From NCBI GenBank assembly GCA_023659975.1, contig JAGXOI010000003.1:7633-39632 (forward strand): a DNA stretch of 32,000 bases. The letters are read 5' to 3'. The notes below the pieces were generated by a model that searched no databases, had not been told where the DNA came from, and worked only from the letters and a program-made list of their open reading frames with translations. Origin of the DNA: Candidatus Aenigmarchaeota archaeon LH_S4 (GTDB taxonomy: Archaea; Aenigmatarchaeota; Aenigmatarchaeia; QMZS01). The position numbers were made by a program, and so were the translations under genes. This document shows, one piece after another, positions 7,632 to 15,515 of the stretch. The stretch's first letter is position 1; each line of letters opens with the position of its first letter.

Positions 7632-10607
7632 ATGCTTTACAATCCAAAGGAAGTAGAGGAAAAAATCCTGAAAAAATGGGAAGAAGAGGAAACTTATAAA
7701 AAAGTTAGAGAGAGAGGAAAAGAAAAGTTCTATTTTTGTGATGGCCCTCCCTATGCTTCAGGATTTCTGCACTTGGGACAAACTCTGAATTATAGTTTAA
7801 AAGATTCTTGGATAAGGGTACTTAGATTAAAAGGATACAAAGTCTTTGACAGGCAGGGCTATGATACTCATGGAACTCCAATAGAAGTAAAAGTAGAAAA
7901 AGCTCTAGGATTTACTTCAAAAAAAGATATTGAAAGAGGGGGATTAAAAAACTTTATTTCGAAGTGCAAAGAATTTGCAACAAAAAACATTTCAAAGCAG
8001 AAAGAGCAGTTAAAAGATATAGGAGTATGGATGGATTTGGAAAATCCCTATCTTACTTTTTCAGATGATTTCATCTTAGCAATTTGGCGGACATTTAAAA
8101 AAGCAGAGGAAAAAGGTTTGCTATATAAGGGTGTTTATCCAGTATACTCTTGCCCAAGATGTGAGACAGTTGTTGCATATAATGAGATTGAATATAAAAA
8201 TATTGAGGATATTGCTATTTATGTATTAATAAAACTAAGGGGGAAAGATGAATATTTAGTTATATGGACAACAACCCCCTGGACTTTACCAGCAAATGTT
8301 GCGGTGGTAGTTAACCCAAATTTTCGGTATGTTGAGCTAGATTATAATAACAAAAAAATTATTGTTGCAAAAGAACTTTCTAAAAAATTTGAAAACTCAC
8401 AGATTATTAAGGAATTTTCAGGTAGAGAATTGGTTGGTTTGGAATATGAACCTATTTTGGAAGATAATAAGATTACTCCAATTATTGTTCCTTCAGAAAA
8501 ATTTGTAACTTTGGAAGAAGGAACAGGTCTTGTACACTGTGCTCCAGGACATGGAAAAGAGGATTTTGAGATTGGAAAAGAAAACAATTTAAAAGTAGTT
8601 TGTCCAGTTGGTCTTGATGGAAGATTCAAAGAAACAAAATATAAGGATAAACTCGTTTTTGATGCGAATAAAGAAATAGTTGATGAATTAAGGGAAAAAG
8701 GCGTACTTCTTAAAGAAGAAAAAATAAAACATGATTATCCAACCTGCTGGAGATGCCATACAAAATTAATAACTCTAACAATACCAGAATATTTTTTTGG
8801 TGCAACAAAGATTAGGGACAAATTACTTGAGGAAAATGAAAAAATTTACTGGAAACCTAATTGGGCAAAGGAAAGATTTAAGGACTGGCTTAAATCGATT
8901 GGAGATTGGCCTGTTTCAAGGCAGAGATATTGGGGCACTCCAGTTCCAATCTGGGAGTGTAATAAATGTGGGAAAATTGAGGTAATTGGCTCAAGAGAAG
9001 AACTTGAACAAAAATCAAAAAGAAAAGTTACAGAACTGCACAGACCAGAGATTGATGAAATAGAAATTCCGTGTGACTGTGGTGGAAGAAAGAAAAGAAT
9101 TCCAGATGTTTTTGATGTTTGGTTGGATTCTGGGGTGGCATCCTGGGCAAATTTTGATAACTCAAAGGAACTATTTGAAAAATTCTGGCCTGCTGATTTG
9201 GAAATTGAAGGAAGTGACCAGATAAGAGGGTGGTGGAATTCTCAATTAATTTTGTCAGTAATTGCCTTTGATAGAAGACCTTTTGAGACAATAATTTACC
9301 ATGGAATGATTCTTGACAATGTTGGAAAAAAAATGTCAAAGAGTATTGGAAATGTTGTGATGCCAGGGGATATTATTTCAAAATATGGAAGGGATGTTTT
9401 AAGATTGACCCTCTTATCTGAGGTTCCTTGGAAAGATATATTTTTTAGTTTTGATTTGGCAAAAACTGCTTTTAACAAACTGAACATTATATATAACTGT
9501 TTTCAATACTTCAAAAATTACAAAAAATCTGAAAATTACCCAATTAAATTACAAACCGAAGATAAGTGGATTATATCCAGACTAAATTCTGTAATTGAAA
9601 AATCTGATGAATATTTATCAAAAAAAGAATTGCATAATTATATAAGAGAAGTTGTGGATTTTTTGGTGGAGGATGTCAGCAGGGTTTATATTAAACTTGT
9701 GAGAGACAAGATTCTTGTAAGTTCTTCTGTATCCAAAGTTCTGGATGAAGTTCTCCAAAAAGTAAATATTCTTATTTCTCCATTTGCCCCATTTTTATCA
9801 GAAAGTCTTTATTTTGGAAATAAGAACAGCGTGTTTCTGGAAAATTGGCCCAAGGTTGAAAAAGAAAAAATAAATTCAGAATTAGAGGAAAAATTTGAAA
9901 TTGCTAAGGAAATATCAAAAGCAATGAATAGCGAGAGGCAAAAACATTCTGTTAGGTTAAGATTACCAATAAAAAAGGCAACTGTATTTGGCTCTACCAA
10001 AATAAAAGAAGTTATTGATGAGACCAAAGAGATTATAAAATCTCTTTCAAATTTAAAAGAAATTGAGTTTAAGGAAAGCGAAAAAGTTGAGATAAAACCT
10101 AATTTTGCAAAAATTGGAAAAAAATTCGGAGCAAGAACAAGTGAAGTGGCCAAGTTGATTTCAAAAATGAAACCAGAGGATTTAAAAGATGAAATTGAAC
10201 TTGGAGAATTTAAAATAAAAAGAGATGATTTGGTTGTAAGACAGAGGGGTGTTGAAGGAACTATTTTCTCCAAAGGTTATGTAACTTTGGATTTAACTGA
10301 GGATAAAGAATTGAAAGAAGAAAGATTTTTAAGAGAATTAATCAGAGAAATCCAGAAGGCGAGACAGGAAGAAAAATTAAATGTCCTTGATAGAATAACT
10401 TTGTTCCTTGAGGATAAAGAATTTATAAAAAAATTTGAAGACGAGTTAAAAAAAGAAGTAAGAGCAGAGAAAATTGTTTATGGGTTAGGAGAGAAAACAA
10501 TCATTCGCGAAGCGAATGGTGCACCATTTGCAAAGCAAATGCGTGAATTGGAAGCAAGTTATAAAGATTTGAATTTGGCGTTTGGGTTTGAGAGATATGT
10601 TTTGTAA
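7632..10607 (+). CDS. ileS: Isoleucine--tRNA ligase
   Basis: GPPYASGFLHLGQ, GYDTHGTPIEVKVEK, editing-domain WTTTPWTLPANVAVVV, and KMSKSIGN. 991 aa. The last ~47 codons belong to a duplicated segment (see repeat features). Confidence 0.9.
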   Translation: MLYNPKEVEEKILKKWEEEETYKKVRERGKEKFYFCDGPPYASGFLHLGQTLNYSLKDSWIRVLRLKGYKVFDRQGYDTHGTPIEVKVEKALGFTSKKDIERGGLKNFISKCKEFATKNISKQKEQLKDIGVWMDLENPYLTFSDDFILAIWRTFKKAEEKGLLYKGVYPVYSCPRCETVVAYNEIEYKNIEDIAIYVLIKLRGKDEYLVIWTTTPWTLPANVAVVVNPNFRYVELDYNNKKIIVAKELSKKFENSQIIKEFSGRELVGLEYEPILEDNKITPIIVPSEKFVTLEEGTGLVHCAPGHGKEDFEIGKENNLKVVCPVGLDGRFKETKYKDKLVFDANKEIVDELREKGVLLKEEKIKHDYPTCWRCHTKLITLTIPEYFFGATKIRDKLLEENEKIYWKPNWAKERFKDWLKSIGDWPVSRQRYWGTPVPIWECNKCGKIEVIGSREELEQKSKRKVTELHRPEIDEIEIPCDCGGRKKRIPDVFDVWLDSGVASWANFDNSKELFEKFWPADLEIEGSDQIRGWWNSQLILSVIAFDRRPFETIIYHGMILDNVGKKMSKSIGNVVMPGDIISKYGRDVLRLTLLSEVPWKDIFFSFDLAKTAFNKLNIIYNCFQYFKNYKKSENYPIKLQTEDKWIISRLNSVIEKSDEYLSKKELHNYIREVVDFLVEDVSRVYIKLVRDKILVSSSVSKVLDEVLQKVNILISPFAPFLSESLYFGNKNSVFLENWPKVEKEKINSELEEKFEIAKEISKAMNSERQKHSVRLRLPIKKATVFGSTKIKEVIDETKEIIKSLSNLKEIEFKESEKVEIKPNFAKIGKKFGARTSEVAKLISKMKPEDLKDEIELGEFKIKRDDLVVRQRGVEGTIFSKGYVTLDLTEDKELKEERFLRELIREIQKARQEEKLNVLDRITLFLEDKEFIKKFEDELKKEVRAEKIVYGLGEKTIIREANGAPFAKQMRELEASYKDLNLAFGFERYVL
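10461..10600. repeat. Direct repeat copy 1 = in-frame 3' end of ileS
   Basis: ~140 bp aligns with 11473-11612 (offset 1012 bp). It includes perfect runs of 52 nt (10497-10548) and 27 nt (10550-10576). The flanks are more diverged. Confidence 0.9.
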
Positions 10608-10628
10608 ATAATACTTATTGTAAATATT

Positions 10629-11186
10629 ATGTTATATATGGAACAAAAAAATTACAGTTTTGAAATTGTGCTTGGATTGTTGAGAAATGAAAATCACATT
10701 AGAGGTTTAGCTAAAATATTAGGTATAAATCATATGAGTGTAAGGAGGAAATTGAGCGATCTCTTTAATGAGAATGTTGTTGATTATAAAAAGGAAGGGA
10801 AAAATAAAAATTATTTTTTGAAAAAAACAATCGAGGCAAAGACCTACATTTTTATGAGTGAAGAATACAAATTGCTGAAGACTTTGAAAAGATATCCGGG
10901 TTTAAGAAGAATAATTGAAAATATTCAGAAGAATAATAAAATAAAACTTGCAATTTTATTTGGTTCTTATGCAAAGGGGAATGCAAAAAAAGAGAGCGAT
11001 GTAGATATTTTTGTAGATTCTGTAAGTAGAGATTTAAAAAAAGAACTGGAATTATTTGATCGCAGAATTAGTATCAAAATTGGAAGATATGAAAAACAAA
11101 ATATTCTTATAAAGGAAATCAAAAAAAATCATGTTATAATCAAAGGGGTTCAGAAATATTATGAGCAAAATAAATTTTTTGATTAA
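10629..11186 (+). CDS. wHTH + minimal nucleotidyltransferase (MNT-type) protein
   Basis: N-terminal wHTH-like segment (IRGLAKILGINHMSVRRKLSDL). Pol-beta-type NTase motif LFGSYAKGNAKKESDVDIFV (GS-x9-11-D-x-D). Confidence 0.75.
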   Translation: MLYMEQKNYSFEIVLGLLRNENHIRGLAKILGINHMSVRRKLSDLFNENVVDYKKEGKNKNYFLKKTIEAKTYIFMSEEYKLLKTLKRYPGLRRIIENIQKNNKIKLAILFGSYAKGNAKKESDVDIFVDSVSRDLKKELELFDRRISIKIGRYEKQNILIKEIKKNHVIIKGVQKYYEQNKFFD

Positions 11187-11438
11187 ACTGAAAAATCAGG
11201 GGAAACTTGAGTTGGTAGAGCCAAGCGAGGAACTAAAAGAAGCTTATCTAAGAAAGTCAGAAAGTTATCTGAATTCTGCAAAAATTTTATAGATTTTCAT
11301 ATAACTCGGGAAGATACCAACAGACTTATAAAAATCGCTGAAGAATTTAATGCAAAAATAATTGATTACATACAAAAACTGAATAATGAAGATATTCTTA
11401 GATACAGAGAAAAAATAAAAAAAGAAATAAGGAGTTGA
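11161..11438 (+). pseudogene. HEPN-domain gene remnant (frameshifted, internally deleted)
   Basis: ATG at 11161 overlaps the MNT gene end. The first piece, MSKINFLIKLKNQGKLELVEPSEELKEAYLRKSESYLNSAKIL*, stops at 11290-11292. The second piece is in another frame: DFHITREDTNRLIKIAEEFNAKIIDYIQKL...RS* (11292-11438). The central part of a normal ~125-aa HEPN domain is missing. Confidence 0.6.
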
Positions 11439-11472
11439 AAAAAGATATTGAAAAAAATGGGAAAAGGGATTA

Positions 11473-11612
11473 AGAGCTGAGAAAGTTGTTTATGGGTTGA
11501 AAGAGAAGACAATCATTCGCGAAGCGAATGGTGCACCATTTGCAAAGCAAATGCGTGAATGGGAAGCAAGTTATAAAGATTTGAATTTAGGGTTTAGGAT
11601 TGAGAAGGATTA
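11473..11612 (+). pseudogene. Displaced duplicate of the ileS 3' end (direct repeat copy 2)
   Basis: Reads LRAEKVVYGLKEKTIIREANGAPFAKQMREWEASYKDLNLGFRIEKD*, parallel to the ileS C-terminus VRAEKIVYGLGEKTIIREANGAPFAKQMRELEASYKDLNLAFGFERYVL*. It is preceded by an in-frame TGA (11449-11451). Confidence 0.8.
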
Positions 11613-11674
11613 AATTCCTTTATCTATTGAAAGTATAGTATAAGACTTATATATCTTCATTCCAATTGGAATGT

Positions 11675-11758
11675 ATGCAACAAGATGAAATTGATCTTAT
11701 TGATACCAAGCTAAAGAAAGAGCGAGATCTAAAGGTGCGGGATAGGCTAAGAATGTAG
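11675..11758 (+). pseudogene. Short N-terminal fragment of a transposase-like HTH protein
   Basis: 27-codon ORF MQQDEIDLIDTKLKKERDLKVRDRLRM*. The K-x-R-V-R-D-R-L segment resembles the N-terminal HTH region common in IS630/Tc1-type transposases. The rest of the gene is absent. Confidence 0.3.
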
Positions 11759-11821
11759 CAATCATTATAGCCAGTGCCAAACAAACAATTTATAATATTT
11801 CATCAAATATTCCCCCTCCCC

Positions 11822-12721
11822 CTATTTTTTATGATTTTTATTATAATTTAACTCCACTTTCTTGTCCGGTGATATAAAATAAAGAGAATCACCCAAGTAA
11901 TCGGCAAATTCTGGAATTTTGCTTAAAGATAAGCTCCCAGCAAACCCATAGAATGCTGCATCGTAGACATATTCAATCTCACCGCCCATTTTTTTGAACA
12001 GGTTTAACTGAGTTTTGTTACAAGGCTGCCTAAGCATTACAATTATTGGAGCTATTTGATCTGTTCCTGTTTTTTTCTCATCTATAATCTGTTTATCAAG
12101 AGAATCATCTATCCTATTAGTATTCTTATCAAACGCTTCTGGTACTGGAGGAAGTTCTGGAACAAATTCCGTCTGCTGAATGAAGCCAGAACGATACATT
12201 GCCTTTTCAATTGTCTTGTTTAATTCGCGCCTCTGATTTAACTTTGCAACACCAGCCTTCACCCCCCACTCATCGCTTCCCTCAACTAACAACATCGCTT
12301 TCTCCTCATTCCAGGGATTCCTCAAAATCTCTAAAATTCCTTTGTTTTGTCCAGGATATTCCTCAGTTACCCTTGTCGCATTTGTTATATTATATACTTC
12401 CTCTAAGACTTTATTTGAATTTGGCGTGCCAACTACAATTAAATTATAAGAGTGTTTAAAACTTTCAATTTCTTTGGAGGAGATAATGTCTGGCTTATTG
12501 CCTGTTAGATTTTTCAAATTCGCTGCTATCGCTTCTGCACTTTCTTTCTCTATTTGAGTTGCGTTTTCACCAATCACGATTACCGTATTTTCCTTAAACA
12601 CCTCTGGAAAATCACTCAGCTCTAATTCCTTTGGTAGTGGTGTAGATATCTGCCAGAGAAAATATCCAGTAATAAGAGAAACCACAATTACTATTCCTAG
12701 TATTAAGATTTTCTTCTTCAT
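11822..12721 (-). CDS. Signal-anchored secreted protein with a C-terminal subtilase-propeptide (inhibitor I9)-like domain
   Basis: N-terminal hydrophobic anchor KKKILILGIVIVVSLITGYFLW. Central LIVVGTPNSNKVLEE / NPWNEEKAMLLVEGSDEWGVKAG module. The C-terminus IIVMLRQP...KKMGGEIEYVYDAAFYGFAGSLSLSKIPEFA fits the I9 propeptide pattern. No protease domain is attached. Confidence 0.5.
   Translation of the reverse strand: MKKKILILGIVIVVSLITGYFLWQISTPLPKELELSDFPEVFKENTVIVIGENATQIEKESAEAIAANLKNLTGNKPDIISSKEIESFKHSYNLIVVGTPNSNKVLEEVYNITNATRVTEEYPGQNKGILEILRNPWNEEKAMLLVEGSDEWGVKAGVAKLNQRRELNKTIEKAMYRSGFIQQTEFVPELPPVPEAFDKNTNRIDDSLDKQIIDEKKTGTDQIAPIIVMLRQPCNKTQLNLFKKMGGEIEYVYDAAFYGFAGSLSLSKIPEFADYLGDSLYFISPDKKVELNYNKNHKK
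12250..12475. repeat. ~225-bp dispersed repeat copy 1 (inside CDS 11822-12721)
   Basis: Aligns by eye at roughly 90% identity with 13260-13485. It includes the identical run ccccactcatcgcttccctcaactaacaacatcgctttctcctcattccagggatt. Confidence 0.85.
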
Positions 12722-12805
12722 AATTTATTACTTTTATCTTATATATTAATTTAGAAAAATCAAATAATATAACAGTGTAAATTTTAATCACTCCCTCTTT
12801 AAATT

Positions 12806-12826
12806 GACAGAGGACGAGCCTCTGTC
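12806..12826. other. GC-rich hairpin between the two paralogous secreted-protein genes
   Basis: gacagagg-acgag-cctctgtc: an 8-bp perfect stem with a 5-nt loop in otherwise AT-rich spacer. It is downstream of CDS 12943-13398 and upstream of CDS 11822-12721 (both minus strand). A terminator or regulatory role is a guess. Confidence 0.3.
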
Positions 12827-12942
12827 GCCTCATTAGGATCTCAATTCATCCTTAAGCCAATAAATAATGTTAATAAGGAGTATTGGCCTTATTAATATCA
12901 AACAAAGTATCTGTCGATATCAAAGAACCAATACATCATATT

Positions 12943-13398
12943 TCATTCCCCCTTCTTCTCGTAGCTTATTATATTAATTGCTTTTTGGGTATATGTATTG
13001 GATTCTCCAGCTTCTGGGATAATAATTTCAGTTCTTGTTATATAACCCTTGACTTTTACTTTTGTCCCTTCGCCTAATTTAATTAAATCTTGGGATTTAT
13101 TTCCTATTGGCATATACATATCTCCATCACTTGCTTGAATAACCCACATCTTCGCAGACACAAATGATACTTGTTTTATTTCTCCTTGAATTAGTTCCAT
13201 ATTTGAGGAGATAAGCATGCTTGCACCTTTTACCTTCTTAAAATCAATTAATTTCACACCTCCTGCCTTCACTCCCCACTCATCGCTTCCCTCAACTAAC
13301 AACATCGCTTTCTCCTCATTCCAGGGATTGTTCAATATCTCCAAAACCCCTTTATTCTCTCCTGGATATTCCTCTGTTACCCTTGTCACATCTGTCAT
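12943..13398 (-). CDS. 5'-truncated paralog of 11822-12721 fused to a different C-terminal beta-rich domain
   Basis: TRVTEEYPGENKGVLEILNNPWNEEKAMLLVEGSDEWGVKAG is nearly identical to the neighbouring protein. Homology continues upstream of the ATG without a start (KKIESFKYSYNLIVVGTPESNKVLEEVYN, open to ~13500). There is no signal anchor, so it may be a pseudogene. Confidence 0.45.
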   Translation of the reverse strand: MTDVTRVTEEYPGENKGVLEILNNPWNEEKAMLLVEGSDEWGVKAGGVKLIDFKKVKGASMLISSNMELIQGEIKQVSFVSAKMWVIQASDGDMYMPIGNKSQDLIKLGEGTKVKVKGYITRTEIIIPEAGESNTYTQKAINIISYEKKGE

Positions 13399-13485
13399 AT
13401 TATATACTTCCTCTAAGACTTTATTTGATTCTGGCGTGCCAACTACAATTAAATTATAAGAGTATTTAAAACTTTCGATTTTTTT
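13260..13485. repeat. ~225-bp dispersed repeat copy 2
   Basis: Partner of 12250-12475, in the same orientation. Confidence 0.85.
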
Positions 13486-13568
13486 ATAGGTAGAATTTTA
13501 TAACACAAAAAACTTATTTCTTATAATCACTTACAGTTGAGTAGTGAAAAAGAAGATGTGCTAAATTT

Positions 13569-14078
13569 TCATTTAGATGCTTTTCGTTCCATCCTGTTTA
13601 TGAAATAGTTAATTAAAAATCCAAAAGATGCGCCGATTATGAACAGAAACGCAAAAATTGAGGCCATCCCGAATAAACCACCCCCAAATGAATAACCAAC
13701 AAACATCCATATTGACACGTAAACCTCGGCTATAAAAGTGAAAGGTATCAAAAGAAATTCTTTTTGCCAAGAAACCCAATAAAAAAGAGAAAGGAAAGCC
13801 ATTAAAACCACAATCACTATTGATACTATCAAACATTTATGCAATCTTTCCTTTATGGGTGACCGATACATAAAAGATAAAATTATTCCTATTATTACAC
13901 CGAGAAAAATATTACTTAAAAAAGATTTACCCAAAAAAGGATATATGTCCTTAAGAAGAGGTATATGGGTATATATAAAGAGGGATAGGAAGAGAAGTAG
14001 GAAGGGAAGTAAAATTCCAATCACAACCCCCGAAAGAGCTCCCGCAACAATCCAGTGTTTGAATGAAACATTTTCCAT
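13569..14078 (-). CDS. Hypothetical multi-pass membrane protein
   Basis: 169-aa ORF with about five hydrophobic helices. No recognisable motif. Confidence 0.5.
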   Translation of the reverse strand: MENVSFKHWIVAGALSGVVIGILLPFLLLFLSLFIYTHIPLLKDIYPFLGKSFLSNIFLGVIIGIILSFMYRSPIKERLHKCLIVSIVIVVLMAFLSLFYWVSWQKEFLLIPFTFIAEVYVSIWMFVGYSFGGGLFGMASIFAFLFIIGASFGFLINYFINRMERKASK

Positions 14079-14284
14079 AATTATGATATCCGATTATATA
14101 TAGTTTTTATTAGACTTGTTGCCAATTAACTTTTTTAAAATCCTCTTAATTTACGATAAATATCAACATAGCTTTTAGGAATAGTAGTTAATGAAGTCAG
14201 TAACTGGTATATCTACGGCAGAATTCTAGAAAGAGGAGCAGGCTATCCGGGGCATCAAGAGACTCAGAATAACAACCGTATAAG

Positions 14285-14982
14285 GTGATTCCAAAAACTG
14301 TTTTGCATGGCGGAACAGCAATATTGAAATGTTATTCAGGAAACTGGTTCTCAGGAGATATAGATGTTTATTTAGAGAAAGATATAGAAAAAATAGAAGA
14401 GTTTTTTGGGAAATTAAAAAAATTAGGTTTTGAAATTGTTAAAAAGAACCTCAAAGAAAACTCTCTTTTTTCTGTATTAATGTTTAATAACACCGAAATC
14501 AGATTTGAGGCTGTGTTCAAAAAAGTAAAAGGAATAATTAAAGAATACGAGACTTGTGAAGAATCCCTGATAACTGTTTATACTTTACTGATTTAATAAA
14601 GGAAAAGGTGGATACTTATCTTGGTTTACATAATGCAATGAGTTTCCATAATTTGTGGGAGCAGGAAACATGCCCGGTAATAATAACAACAAGAGAAGTA
14701 AGAACAGGAATAAGAAAAGTTTTCAGTTCTAATGTCCTTCTTAGAAGAATTTCCAAAAAATATCTCTTTAATTATGATTACTATAAATATGGAGATTTTG
14801 TCTTGCCTGTAAGTGATATAGAAAAAATATTTATAGACTAAATATATTTCAAAGAAATCAGAAGTGAAATAACAAAAAAATTCAAAAAGAAAATTAACCA
14901 CAAAAAATTGGACCAATACCTAAAAAAATATCCTAAGAAATTCAGAAATTATGTATTAGAGTGGTTAACCTCTGAAGATTAA
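14285..14982 (+). pseudogene. AbiEii-like nucleotidyltransferase (type IV TA toxin family) remnant, broken into three pieces
   Basis: VLHGGTAILKCYSGNWFSGDIDVYL fits the AbiEii motif (GGTAL..Y...R.S.DID). The frame is lost near 14580 and resumes as FTDLIKEKVDTYLG in another frame. An in-frame TAA at 14839-14841 is followed by 47 more open codons ending at 14982. The N-terminus is also missing (stop at 14270-14272). Confidence 0.45.
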
Positions 14983-15002
14983 ATCAAATTTCAAATTAAA
15001 TA

Positions 15003-15491
15003 ATGAACTTAATCCTAAAAAAGGGGTGCAGAGAAAAACTGAGAAAACCTTTGGGAAAATTGGTTAAAGATAGGCAGGAATTGCTAAAAGAACTAAAAAA
15101 CAAGGAAATAATAGTTGTTGGGGATAAAGTAACTCAAACCCTTCTTAAACTTGGTTTAAAACCAAAATTAGCAGTAGTTGATTATAAAATTAAAAGAAAA
15201 GAGATAAAATATGATTATAAACAAAAATTTAAAAAAGTTCTGTTTGCAGAAAATAAAGTTGGGACAATTTCAGCTCAAGCAATGGAAAAAATAAAAGAAT
15301 CCCTGAAATATAAGAATTGCCTTCTGGAAATTGGTGGAGAGGAAGACTTGCTTGTTTTGCCTGTCATATTGGAATTAGAAAATGGGATTATCTGTTATGG
15401 ACAGCCGGATAGAGGAATTATTGTTGTTGAAATAGATAAAGAAAAAAAGGAAGGAATTAAAGAATTATTAAATGAGTGCTTTATTTATTGA
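15003..15491 (+). CDS. DUF359 family protein = archaeal GTP-dependent dephospho-CoA kinase
   Basis: 162 aa. IIVVGDKVTQTL, LAVVDYKIKR and GGEEDLLVLPVILELENGIICYGQPDRGIIVV match DUF359 hallmarks. Confidence 0.7.
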   Translation: MNLILKKGCREKLRKPLGKLVKDRQELLKELKNKEIIVVGDKVTQTLLKLGLKPKLAVVDYKIKRKEIKYDYKQKFKKVLFAENKVGTISAQAMEKIKESLKYKNCLLEIGGEEDLLVLPVILELENGIICYGQPDRGIIVVEIDKEKKEGIKELLNECFIY

Positions 15492-15515
15492 AACTTATAT
15501 TTTAAAATTATCATT

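Noticed and set aside
5400-10273. Numerous 60-150-aa ORFs on the opposite strand or in alternate frames of valS and ileS (for example 5907-6305, 8342-8629, 9028-9339, 9809-10273).
   Set aside because: These are shadow ORFs inside well-supported aaRS genes. They have low-complexity Ser/Phe/Leu/Ile-rich translations typical of antisense AT-rich coding DNA.
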